The notes below the pieces were generated by a model, which was not told where the DNA came from, did not search any database, and worked only from the letters and a program-made list of their open reading frames with translations. From Pseudogulbenkiania sp. (GTDB taxonomy: Bacteria > Pseudomonadota > Gammaproteobacteria > Burkholderiales > Chromobacteriaceae), in contig JAGLBD010000014.1 of NCBI GenBank assembly GCA_018260425.1, forward strand, positions 529 to 64,528: DNA of 64,000 nucleotides. Direction: 5' to 3'. Positions 1-8,957 of the stretch are shown one piece after another. A program made the translations under genes and the position numbers. Positions within the stretch are counted from its first letter, which is position 1; each line of letters begins with the position of its first letter.

Positions 1-1310
1 GAGACACTATCCATCAGCGCCAGACTGGACAGGGTGGTTTCGCCGGTTTTGGAGGCCGAACCCGGTGTTTCGGGCATGGCTGCGGTGACAGGGTTGTAGA
101 GATTGGAGGCAAAGCTGCTCATGTTGACCGCCGAACCATTCTCTTGTTTGAGTTCGGTGGCATGCAACACCAGCTCATGGCCGATCGTACCGGTGTTGAA
201 TTGACTGCGGACTCCGGCCTCGGCCGAGAGGTTTTTATCATAGCCGCGCTGGGCAACCATTCGTCCAGTGAAGTCGCCATTAGCCTGAATGCTGCGCGCA
301 TGGGTGCCATTGATGAAGCCGTTGTAGTCATGGCGCATGCTGCCCACTCCGGCAAACAGAGAGACATTACTATTGAGCTGATAGTCACCACGCAGAATGA
401 CGGCCTTGCTTTCCAGTTCGCCATGGGCATTGGGGAACAGATTGGTCTTGGCGTCCAGAGCGGCCGGAATGTCACTGCTGGCAAACCAGTACATGGCCGG
501 CGTGCCGCCGCTGAATGACTCCTTGCTGTAGTAGCTATCCAGCGAAACCTTTAGTTGCGGGCCACGGTAGTCGAGCGCTGCAGACAGAAAATCCCGCTTT
601 TTGGATTGACCGCTTAATTCGGTATCCCCATTGCTGTAAGCATGATTGACTCGCACACCCCACTCATTGTTTTCACCAAAGCGGCGACCGACATCAACGG
701 TGGTGCCTAGCTGAGAGTCGGACTGATAGCCAACCGAGACACGTGTCAGCGGGGTATCGGTTGCCCGTTTGGGGACCAGATTGATGACACCACCGACCGC
801 TCCGCTAGGGGCCATACCACTGAAGAGGGCGCTGGGTCCCTTCAAGACCTCGACCCGCTCGATGTACTCGACAGGGGTATGGCCATAAGGCGCCAGGCCG
901 TACATGCCATTGATGGCCAAATCATTGCCACTGATATCAAAGCCGCGAATACGGTAGTTCTCGTAAGCGTGGCCGCTCGACGTCGTGAAACGGACGGAAG
1001 GATCATTTTGCATCACATCCGCCAGCGTTCTGGCTTGTTGATCCTGAATCAGCTGAGAGGTATAGCTGGTGATACTGAAGGGGGTATCAATCAAGGCCTG
1101 ATAGCCCAGCGCCCCCAGTCGTGCGCCTTTGGCAAGCTGTCCAGCGGCATACGGCGCGTCTGTGCCGGGGGTGTTTGCCGTCACGACAACGGTAGGCAAT
1201 TCCACCGCCTCTGTCGAGGTTTTCCCTTTCACACTGGCTTCTGCCAACAGAACCGGTGGAAACGAGGCAATTGCCAACGCGATGGCAATCGGCGTCTTCC
1301 GCAGCGACAT
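1..1310 (-). CDS. TonB-dependent outer-membrane receptor (siderophore type), C-terminal part cut by window edge
   Basis: Open minus-strand frame with no in-window stop, so it is absent from the ORF track. ATG at 1310-1308 is preceded by AAGGAG. My translation starts MSLRKTPIAIALAIASFPPVLLAEA (signal peptide), then ELPTVVVTA (TonB-box-like region) and plug motifs ...ERVEVLKGPSALFSG...GGVINLVPKR. Confidence 0.85.
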   Translation of the reverse strand, partial: MSLRKTPIAIALAIASFPPVLLAEASVKGKTSTEAVELPTVVVTANTPGTDAPYAAGQLAKGARLGALGYQALIDTPFSITSYTSQLIQDQQARTLADVMQNDPSVRFTTSSGHAYENYRIRGFDISGNDLAINGMYGLAPYGHTPVEYIERVEVLKGPSALFSGMAPSGAVGGVINLVPKRATDTPLTRVSVGYQSDSQLGTTVDVGRRFGENNEWGVRVNHAYSNGDTELSGQSKKRDFLSAALDYRGPQLKVSLDSYYSKESFSGGTPAMYWFASSDIPAALDAKTNLFPNAHGELESKAVILRGDYQLNSNVSLFAGVGSMRHDYNGFINGTHARSIQANGDFTGRMVAQRGYDKNLSAEAGVRSQFNTGTIGHELVLHATELKQENGSAVNMSSFASNLYNPVTAAMPETPGSASKTGETTLSSLALMDSV

Positions 1311-1558
1311 AACTTCTCCTTGCAATAGACCCTACAAACCCACTGGAACAGGTCTGTAACACTGTCAATGAGCGATACAACAATGAATTGGCTGAAGCGC
1401 AGTGTTCGCAGGACAGCATGGCTTGACCGTAAAGTCGTACAGACCGTCCCGCCGCAACAGCCGGCGTGAATATCACGTGTCGGGAACCTCTGCGTGACAA
1501 GCTGTCAGGCTGCTTGAGAGTAGGGGGCTCGACACATAAAAGGTAGCGCATGCTAACA

Positions 1559-1569
1559 CGAATCATTCG
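1559..1569. promoter_or_regulatory. Possible Fur-box-like palindrome upstream of the receptor gene
   Basis: CGAATCATTCG is an 11-bp palindrome resembling the AATCATT core of the Fur consensus. It lies about 250 bp upstream of the receptor ATG. Weak evidence. Confidence 0.2.
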
Positions 1570-1908
1570 CATTTAACAATTTATTCGACATAGCCATATC
1601 GAGCAATAAATGCATAAGTCCACTGAACGCGCCTAGTGAGACACAGGGAAGAATGAAGGGTCTCGCTGTAGAAAAGCCATCGTAGGGAAACCACGCGGTC
1701 GAACCTGAGGGAGGATAACGAATATGCCAAAGGTATTAAATTTAAAAATTCAAGAACTATTTAGCGATAGTGTAATCAAAGAACTATCATTCATATTTAA
1801 TAAGAAACCTCGCTTCAAGTTATTGAGTCGCCAGCGGCTTTGACAGGAAAGCGAGTGTAAATCATGAAATACAATTGTTTCATGATGAGCAGATTTCAAG
1901 GAGGGCTT

Positions 1909-2994
1909 ATGAGCACGCACACCGAACGATTGCCGATCTGGACCATTCTGGCTCCCGTTATCGGTTGGGTCTTGTTGACGCTCAAAGGCGCAGAGCCGTC
2001 GGTGTTCATGGAGGTCCTGATGGTGGCGGCCCTGTTGGTGGGCGTATTGGCGGCCGTGCATCATGCCGAAGTGGTGGCACATCGGGTGGGGGAGCCTTTC
2101 GGTACGCTGGTGCTGGCCGGGGCGGTGACGGCCATTGAAGTGGCATTGATCGTCACCCTGATGGTGTCGGGCGGCGCGGCAACGGCAGCTTTGGCCCGGG
2201 ACACTATTTTTGCCACGGTCATGATCATCCTCAACGGTATTGTCGGCTTGTGCCTGCTGGCGGGGGGGCAGCGCTATGGAGAGCAGCGTTTCGGCCTGCT
2301 CGGGGTGAATGCCGCGTTGTCCACTCTGGCGGCCATCATCACCTTGACACTGATCTTGCCTAACTTCACCACGACCATGGTCGGCCCCTATTACACCGCT
2401 AAACAACTCGCGTTTGTTGCGGTGGCGTCATTGGTGCTGTATGGCGCCTTCGTGTTTGTCCAGACGGTACGGCATCGCGACTACTTCTTGCCTGAGGAGG
2501 GGGCCGGCAATGAAAACCATCATGCTGCACCCCCATCGGTAAAAACAGCGTTGATCAGTCTGGTCTGTTTGCTGGCAGGTCTCGCTGCCGTGGTGTTATT
2601 GGCCAAGGCCATTTCGCCGATGATCGAGGCCGGTGTGGCGAGTGTGGGGGCTCCAGTCGCATTGGTGGGGGTCATCATCGCTTCCATCGTGTTGCTGCCC
2701 GAGGGGGTCGCAGCATGGCGTGCGGCCAAGGTCAATCGTTTGCAGACCAGTCTCAATCTGGCTCTGGGTTCGGCGTTGGCCAGTATCGGTCTCTCCATTC
2801 CTGCCGTGGCCATTGTTTCCATCCTCAATGGCTGGCCGCTGGCCTTGGGCATCGATGCCAAGTCCACCATCCTGCTGGTGGTTTCCCTGCTGGTGTCGAC
2901 CTTGTCGCTGGGCAACGGACGGACCACAGTACTGCAGGGGGTCGTTCACCTGGTGCTGTTTGCCTCCTACCTGTTCCTCACTATTTTTCCCTGA
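1909..2994 (+). CDS. chaA: Ca2+/H+ antiporter, CaCA family
   Basis: ORF 1864-2994. Preferred start is ATG 1909, preceded by AAGGAGGG. Polytopic membrane protein with two alpha-repeat-like segments (GEPFGTLVLAGAVTAIE... and ...LPEGVAAWRAA...), about 361 aa like ChaA. Confidence 0.75.
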   Translation: MSTHTERLPIWTILAPVIGWVLLTLKGAEPSVFMEVLMVAALLVGVLAAVHHAEVVAHRVGEPFGTLVLAGAVTAIEVALIVTLMVSGGAATAALARDTIFATVMIILNGIVGLCLLAGGQRYGEQRFGLLGVNAALSTLAAIITLTLILPNFTTTMVGPYYTAKQLAFVAVASLVLYGAFVFVQTVRHRDYFLPEEGAGNENHHAAPPSVKTALISLVCLLAGLAAVVLLAKAISPMIEAGVASVGAPVALVGVIIASIVLLPEGVAAWRAAKVNRLQTSLNLALGSALASIGLSIPAVAIVSILNGWPLALGIDAKSTILLVVSLLVSTLSLGNGRTTVLQGVVHLVLFASYLFLTIFP

Positions 2995-3015
2995 ATCCGG
3001 CGCGTTTCCATGGCT

Positions 3016-3046
3016 GACCACCTCATCCCGGGGTGGTCGGTTTTTT
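3016..3046 (+). terminator. Rho-independent terminator after chaA
   Basis: GACCACC-N9-GGTGGTC stem followed by TTTTTT. Confidence 0.7.
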
Positions 3047-3474
3047 CGTGCGGGTCAAGATTTTTCATGACGCACCGATAAAAGAGGTGTTATCCACTGA
3101 TCCTCCAGCCCTGCCGCTGGAGTGGAGGCGCACCATGTCAATGACGGCCATTGCTTCGTTTTCTGCCTTGTCGATGCACCCTTCTGCCTCTGCCCTGGTA
3201 ACGCGCCGGCAACCCGAGCGGCTTCCGGTTGCGCTTGATGCCGGCGGTAATGCTCCGCGTAGCGGCGAGACGGGAGTTTCCAGAACTTTGACCGAGATAC
3301 TGTCCTTCAGCCAGGAAAGGTCCCGGGAATAAGCGTTATCTTGCCTTTGTCTACAGGTTGCCGGGGGAAGGTTTGTGCGGGTCGTGCAGCTGCCGTTAGT
3401 TTGCCTATAGTTAAACAAAGACTATCCGGCCGTGCGCACAAGGCCGGGAATGCGTGCTTTGATCGGGTGACATC

Positions 3475-4638
3475 ATGAGCGGCAATGACCCTATAGATGA
3501 CAATTTTTCAGAAGAGCTTGCTTCATTGCGCATAGAACGCGATGGGGCCGAGCGTTCCTCCCGGGACAAACTGCATGTGCTATCGCTGATCAGTCATGAA
3601 CTGCGCACCTCTCTGAGCGGCGTCATCGGCATGACGGACCTGTTGCAGCAGACGCCGTTGAATCATGAGCAGGCCGATCTGCTCGATTCATTGCGCCAGT
3701 CAAGTTCATCCATTCAGGAGTTGCTCACCGCTATCCTCGATTATGCCCGCATCGAGTCGGGACAGTTGAAGCTGGAGTCCAGTCCGGTTTCCTGGCGTGC
3801 GTTGCTGGCGGCGTGTACCGAGCAATTGCGGCCAGTGGCATTGGCCTCGGGGTTGAGCTTTCATCTTGAGATCGACCCGGACATGCCGGTGTGGATCAAG
3901 GGGGATCCGGGGCGCTTGAAACAAATCGTGACGACCCTGACGCGCGAGGTGCTGAGTAGCCTCAGGCAAGGAGGGGTACGTATCGTAGTGACGCCCTCGG
4001 TCGGCGAGTCACTGGTGGTGATGATCCGTTCTGCGGAGGTGGCTGACACTATCGCCCCTTTGACATCCCATGCAACGGTGCTGGGCGGCAATACCATCCC
4101 CGGAGAGTTGGGCGTCATGCTGTGTGATGGATTGATCCGGGCACTGGGCGGTGACTTGCTGGTGGCCTGCGAGGCCGGACAATGGCAAGCCTTTCGTTGC
4201 CGTTTACCGATGCAGGTTTGCGAGGCCCCGTACTCGGAGGCCTCCCGGATCGATACCGCCACATTGCCTCGGCTGCGGGTGTTGATTGCGGAAGACATTC
4301 CGGTGAACCAGATGCTGGCGAGTCATCTGCTAGCCAGAATCGGTATGCAGGGTATTGAAGTGGCGGCTAACGGTATGGAAGCGCTTGAGGCAGTCAAACG
4401 AACCCGCTTCGATGTCGTGTTGATGGATGTCGGCATGCCGGTCATGGACGGGATTGAAGCCACCCAGGCGATCCGTGCGTTGGGTGATCAGTGCCATCAG
4501 CCCCATATTGTGGCGGTCACGGCCGATGCCTACGATGAAAACCGGAGTGCCTGTTTGGCGGCCGGCATGAATGACTTTATCTCCAAACCTTACCGCCGCG
4601 ACGACCTGATCATGTGTCTGTCGCGAGTAGTCATTTAA
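3475..4638 (+). CDS. Soluble hybrid histidine-kinase-like protein (HisKA + degenerate HATPase_c + REC)
   Basis: H-box SHELRTSLSGVIGMTDLL. C-terminal receiver domain with LIAEDIPVNQ...VVLMDVGMPVMDG...ISKP. No TM or sensor domain. N, G1 and G2 boxes are not recognisable (see findings). Confidence 0.8.
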   Translation: MSGNDPIDDNFSEELASLRIERDGAERSSRDKLHVLSLISHELRTSLSGVIGMTDLLQQTPLNHEQADLLDSLRQSSSSIQELLTAILDYARIESGQLKLESSPVSWRALLAACTEQLRPVALASGLSFHLEIDPDMPVWIKGDPGRLKQIVTTLTREVLSSLRQGGVRIVVTPSVGESLVVMIRSAEVADTIAPLTSHATVLGGNTIPGELGVMLCDGLIRALGGDLLVACEAGQWQAFRCRLPMQVCEAPYSEASRIDTATLPRLRVLIAEDIPVNQMLASHLLARIGMQGIEVAANGMEALEAVKRTRFDVVLMDVGMPVMDGIEATQAIRALGDQCHQPHIVAVTADAYDENRSACLAAGMNDFISKPYRRDDLIMCLSRVVI

Positions 4639-5003
4639 AATGCCATGAAAATATCATTCACTGGTCATCTCTTGAGTTTTTTCATGTTTTTCCGCTGATT
4701 CGTTTGCTTACATTGGTTAAATTCATGCAGTTATCTGCATTAGTGTTGGTTTATGTATGTTGATTAGCATATTCTAACATTGTGATCGGAGTTTGTTGTA
4801 CGTCAAATACAGCCGGTGAAAGTCGCAGAATAATGGATGTCATCGAGATTGAAGTTGACCGACAAGTTACCAATTCGGGTATCTACGGTTAATGGAATCA
4901 GGTCAACGGGCCGCCGCCAGAGGATGTAGAGGCAGGGGTTGTTGCTTCGGAGTCGGGGCGACGGTCTTAACTAGCTGGTTTATCACTCAAGGTAGGACTT
5001 AAG

Positions 5004-7169
5004 ATGAATTATCTGAAAATTGCGCTTGGTTCGGTAGAAGCTTGCTGCATTGCGACAGAACGTGCCTATGTGAACGTTACAGAAACAGATTTTTCGGATG
5101 TCGGTGCTGTCGTTATCAGTGTCCAGGATATTGTTGAAGGGAAGATCATTGACAAACTGGTCTCCCGTGGCCTGAAAATTCCAGTCTTCGTCGAAACCAA
5201 AAACAAGGAAACCCTGCCGCTGGACTACGTTGAACACGTGACCAGCGTCATCGAGTGCCAGAAACAATCGCCGGAATTCTACGGTCGCCAGATCGAAACC
5301 GCGATCACCAAATACAGCGAATCGATGCTGCCCCCGTTCTTCGGCCTGCTGCGCAAGTATGTCGAAATGGGTAACTCCACTTTCGCTTGCCCGGGTCACC
5401 AGGGTGGTCAGTTCTTCCACAAACATCCCGCCGGCCGTCGCATGTTCGACTTCTTCGGCGAGAACCTGTTCCGCTCCGATATGTGTAATGCCGACGTGAA
5501 GCTGGGTGACCTGCTGATTCACGAAGGTGCTGCCCATGAAGCTCAGGCACACGCTGCCCGCGTCTACAATGCCGACAAGACCTACTTCGTCCTGAATGGT
5601 ACCTCCGCATCCAACAAAGTAGCGTGTAACGCACTGTTGGCCAAGGGTGACCTGGTGTTGTTCGACCGTAACAACCACAAATCCAACCACCACGGTGCCC
5701 TGATTCAAGCCGGTGCTACCCCGGTCTATCTGGAAACCGCACGTAACCCGTTTGGTTTCATCGGTGGTATCGATGCGCACTGCTTCGAAGAAAGCTATCT
5801 GCGCGAACAGATCCGTGCCGTAGCTCCGGACCGTGCCAAGAGCGAACGTCCGTTCCGTCTGGCCATCATCCAGCTGGGTACCTACGACGGTACGATCTAC
5901 AATGCCCGTCAAGTTGTCGACAAGATCGGTCACCTGTGTGACTACATCCTGTTTGACTCGGCTTGGGTAGGTTACGAGCAATTCATCCCGATGATGAAAG
6001 ACTGCTCGCCGCTGCTGCTTGATCTGAACGAAAACGATCCGGGTATCATCGTGACCCAATCGGTTCACAAACAACAAGCCGGTTTCTCGCAAACCTCGCA
6101 GATCCACAAAAAAGACCGCCATATCAAGGGTCAGGCCCGCTACTGCAACCACAAGCGTTTCAACAATGCCTTCATGTTGCATGCATCGACTAGCCCGTTC
6201 TACCCGCTGTTTGCCTCGCTGGACGTTAACGCCAAGATGCACGAAGGCGAAAGTGGTCGCTATCTGTGGAAACAGTGCGTCAAGTTCGGTATCGAAGCTC
6301 GCAAGATGTTGCTCAACACCTGCGAAATGATTCGTCCGTTCGTCCCGGAAACCGTGGGTGGTCGTCCGTGGCAAGACCACGATACCGAAGCCATGGCGCA
6401 AGACCTGAGTTTCTTCGCCTTCCATCCGGGCGACAAATGGCACGCGTTTGAAGGCTACGCCGAAGGTCAATACTTCGTCGATCCTTGCAAACTGCTGCTG
6501 ACGACTCCGGGTATCAATGCCGCCACTGGTGAATACACCAAGTTCGGTATTCCGGCGACCATTCTGGCCAACTTCCTGCGTGAAAACGGCATCATTCCGG
6601 AAAAATGTGACTTGAACTCCATCCTCTTCCTGCTGACTCCGGCAGAAGATATGGGCAAGATGCAGCATCTGGTTGCCCAGATCGCTCGCTTCGAACGCTT
6701 TGTTGCTGAAGATGCACCGCTGTCTGTGGTACTGCCGACGGTTTACCAGAATAACGAAGCACGTTATCGCGGTTACACCATCCGTCAACTGTGTCAGGAA
6801 ATGCATGACCTGTATGTCAGCCGCAACGTGAAGCAGCTGCAGAAGGAAATGTTCCGTCAAAGCCACTTCCCGACTCTGGCCATGAATCCGCAAGAAGCCA
6901 ACATCGAATTCGTTCGCGGCAATGTGGAGCTGGTTGCCCTGAAGGATGCCGAAGGCCGTATCGCCGCCGAAGGTGCCTTGCCGTACCCGCCGGGCGTACT
7001 GTGCGTCGTACCGGGCGAGCAGTGGGGTGGTGCGGTTCAGAAATACTTCCTGGCTCTGGAAGAAGGCATCAACGTGCTGCCGGGCTTCTCGCCCGAGCTG
7101 CAAGGTGTCTACCTGCAGGATGATCCGGATGGCCGCAAGCGTGCCTACGGTTATGTAATGAAGAAATAA
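5004..7169 (+). CDS. speF: Ornithine decarboxylase, Orn/Lys/Arg decarboxylase family (inducible SpeF-like)
   Basis: 721 aa that aligns along its full length with E. coli SpeF/SpeC as I remember them (YGRQ.ETA, CPGHQGG.FF..HPAG, ADKTYFVLNGTS.SNKV, FDRNNHKSNHHGAL, SVHKQQAGFSQTSQIHKKD, EGALPYPPGVLCVVPGE). The speF versus speC choice rests on the nearby potE. Confidence 0.9.
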   Translation: MNYLKIALGSVEACCIATERAYVNVTETDFSDVGAVVISVQDIVEGKIIDKLVSRGLKIPVFVETKNKETLPLDYVEHVTSVIECQKQSPEFYGRQIETAITKYSESMLPPFFGLLRKYVEMGNSTFACPGHQGGQFFHKHPAGRRMFDFFGENLFRSDMCNADVKLGDLLIHEGAAHEAQAHAARVYNADKTYFVLNGTSASNKVACNALLAKGDLVLFDRNNHKSNHHGALIQAGATPVYLETARNPFGFIGGIDAHCFEESYLREQIRAVAPDRAKSERPFRLAIIQLGTYDGTIYNARQVVDKIGHLCDYILFDSAWVGYEQFIPMMKDCSPLLLDLNENDPGIIVTQSVHKQQAGFSQTSQIHKKDRHIKGQARYCNHKRFNNAFMLHASTSPFYPLFASLDVNAKMHEGESGRYLWKQCVKFGIEARKMLLNTCEMIRPFVPETVGGRPWQDHDTEAMAQDLSFFAFHPGDKWHAFEGYAEGQYFVDPCKLLLTTPGINAATGEYTKFGIPATILANFLRENGIIPEKCDLNSILFLLTPAEDMGKMQHLVAQIARFERFVAEDAPLSVVLPTVYQNNEARYRGYTIRQLCQEMHDLYVSRNVKQLQKEMFRQSHFPTLAMNPQEANIEFVRGNVELVALKDAEGRIAAEGALPYPPGVLCVVPGEQWGGAVQKYFLALEEGINVLPGFSPELQGVYLQDDPDGRKRAYGYVMKK

Positions 7170-7194
7170 TTCCGGGTTGGTAACGGAATGACGC

Positions 7195-7225
7195 AGGCCG
7201 GGAATCTGGATTCCCGGCCTTTTTT
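7195..7225. terminator. Bidirectional hairpin terminator between convergent speF and the LysR gene
   Basis: AGGCCGGGAAT-CTGG-ATTCCCGGCCT followed by TTTTTT. Overlaps the LysR stop codon. Confidence 0.7.
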
Positions 7226-8144
7226 ACGTCTGTGATGTCGACTTGCCGCAGGCGGCTGCGGTAACGTCCTGAAAACATTTCGCCAGAGTGCGTGCGCCGG
7301 GGCCGGCATCGGCCGGATTCGCCACCACCAGATAGACCGGCGAGAAGCGCCGAAAACCATAATCCAGTGGCAGGGGTATCAAGCGCTGCTGTTCCAGATC
7401 CTCCCGGATCAAATGCTGCGGCAACCAGGCAAATGCCAGACCGGCCTTGACGATTTCAATCGCCGTTTCCGCCTTGGTGACGGTCCAGCGATTGCGGGCT
7501 TCGAGCCAGCCCTCATCGCGTGGATGACGGGAACCCGAGTCCCGTACCACCACTTGTGTCCAGGCTTTCAAGTCATCCAGTTGCAAAGGCTCGTGGTGCG
7601 CGTGCAAGGGATGCTCGGGGCTACTGACCGCGACGAATTCTGCCTCGAACAATTTGTCCCCGAGAAATCCGGCCGGCAGGTTGTTGACGATGGCCAGATC
7701 AACCTTGCCCTCCTGCAGTGCCTCTTCTCCTCCCGACAGTACTACTTCAATGAGTTCTATCCGGGTTTGCCGGCAAATCCCTTGAAAGGCTTGCAGTGCC
7801 GCCGTGAGCAAATAAGTCGGATAGAGCCCGTCCACCGCCAATCTGACTTCGACTTCCCAACCCTGATCCAGCGAGCGGGCGCGTTGTTCCAGTTGCAAGG
7901 CTGACTTGACCAGAGGCATGGCATCTCGCAGCAACGCTTCGCCGATCACGGTCAATTTCATGCGCCGGCCATCGGGCTCCAGCAGGGTAACCCCCAGTTG
8001 CTGCTGCAGTTTGGCCAGCGTGTAACTGATGGCGGACTGGCTGCGAAACAGGGCTTCTGCCGCCTGGGCATAGCTGCCGTGCTCAACGATGGCTTGCAGT
8101 ACCCGCCACTGCTCAAGGGTGGTTCGGGGGAATAAATCGCTCAT
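7224..8144 (-). CDS. LysR-family transcriptional regulator
   Basis: 306 aa. N-terminal wHTH (LEQWRVLQAIVEHGSYAQAAEALFRSQSAISYTLAKLQQQLGV) plus a LysR substrate-binding domain. Confidence 0.9.
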   Translation of the reverse strand: MSDLFPRTTLEQWRVLQAIVEHGSYAQAAEALFRSQSAISYTLAKLQQQLGVTLLEPDGRRMKLTVIGEALLRDAMPLVKSALQLEQRARSLDQGWEVEVRLAVDGLYPTYLLTAALQAFQGICRQTRIELIEVVLSGGEEALQEGKVDLAIVNNLPAGFLGDKLFEAEFVAVSSPEHPLHAHHEPLQLDDLKAWTQVVVRDSGSRHPRDEGWLEARNRWTVTKAETAIEIVKAGLAFAWLPQHLIREDLEQQRLIPLPLDYGFRRFSPVYLVVANPADAGPGARTLAKCFQDVTAAACGKSTSQT

Positions 8145-8156
8145 ATATCGAAAATC

Positions 8157-8221
8157 CTGATGATTATCAGCTTATTTTTGCGCTTTTTTATCAACAAATC
8201 AAATAGTAAAGTGACGTCACT
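8157..8221. promoter_or_regulatory. Divergent promoter/operator region between the LysR gene and the secreted-protein array
   Basis: Inverted repeat CTGAT-N4-ATCAG at 8157-8170 and a perfect 12-bp palindrome AGTGACGTCACT at 8210-8221, inside the 121-bp intergenic region. Function is inferred from position only. Confidence 0.35.
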
Positions 8222-8265
8222 GAACGCGGCATAGCAAACACCGCCAACTTTTAAAGGAATTCATC

Positions 8266-8472
8266 ATGAAACGCACCGCCCTGATTGCAACGACTCTTGT
8301 CCTGATCTCTTCGATGGCCCATGCCGGCGATGGCTACCTGAATGCCCGCAAAGCCCAGGAAAAACGTGAAGCCGCTCAGGTCGTTGTTCAAAGCGATGCC
8401 GAGCGCAAGGCGGCCGACGACTACGCTGGCGCCGTCATCAAAGCCAACCGCGACAATTACCGCAATCACTAA
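8266..8472 (+). CDS. Small secreted protein, unknown family (array copy 1)
   Basis: 68 aa. AAAGGA SD. Signal peptide MKRTALIATTLVLISSMAHA, then a charged Cys-free mature part GDGYLN...AVIKANRDNYRNH. Confidence 0.7.
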   Translation: MKRTALIATTLVLISSMAHAGDGYLNARKAQEKREAAQVVVQSDAERKAADDYAGAVIKANRDNYRNH

Positions 8473-8611
8473 GCCACGCTTAGTCACCACTCTTTTTGTT
8501 TCAGATTCGTCTTATCCCTTGTCGGGCAGACACTCCCTACCATTGAACCTTCGATGGCCGGGGTCGTATTACCTGTCGGAGATAGACTGAGAACCCATGA
8601 AAGGCATTACC

Positions 8612-8818
8612 ATGAAGATCACTACCCTTATCGCTGTTTCCTTGTTGTCCTTGACTGCCATGGCGGCAAATGCCGGCGAAGGTTACCTGAATGTGCGCAA
8701 AGCCCAGGAAAAGCGTGAAGTGGCTCCGGTGGCTCAAAGCGATGCAGCACGCAAGGCGGCTGACGATTACGCTGGCGCGGCCATCAAAGCCAATCAAGAC
8801 AATTATCGCAATCACTAA
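8612..8818 (+). CDS. Small secreted protein, unknown family (array copy 2)
   Basis: ORF 8597-8818. ATG 8612 is preferred because its SD context aligns with copy 1. Signal peptide MKITTLIAVSLLSLTAMAANA, then GEGYLN...AAIKANQDNYRNH. Confidence 0.7.
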   Translation: MKITTLIAVSLLSLTAMAANAGEGYLNVRKAQEKREVAPVAQSDAARKAADDYAGAAIKANQDNYRNH

Positions 8819-8957
8819 GCCGCACTTCGTTATCACTACGACTGTTCCGGTTTCGTCTTGTCCCTTGTCAGGCTGACTCACCCAACCATTTAACTATCGA
8901 TGGCTGGAGTCGGTTTGCCCATTGGCGCCAGACTGAAACCCCATGAAAGGCATTGCC

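Noticed and set aside
4983-7103. Very long antisense ORFs opposite real genes. Examples: 4983-7103 (706 aa, opposite speF), 43813-46005 (opposite aspS), 22990-24780 (opposite kdpB), 54779-56494 (opposite dppA), 48893-50254 (opposite hscA), 51545-52948 (opposite iscS), 13151-14272 (opposite potE), 57856-59235, 25154-26614, 27119-28549, 9808-11034, 14583-15812, 21584-22636 and 36122-37141.
   Set aside because: Their translations are Arg/Gly/His/Gln-rich low-complexity strings with no motifs. The opposite-strand proteins are unmistakable conserved families. In GC-rich DNA with strong codon bias, stop codons are depleted on the antisense frame, which creates shadow ORFs. No independent start or SD evidence was seen.
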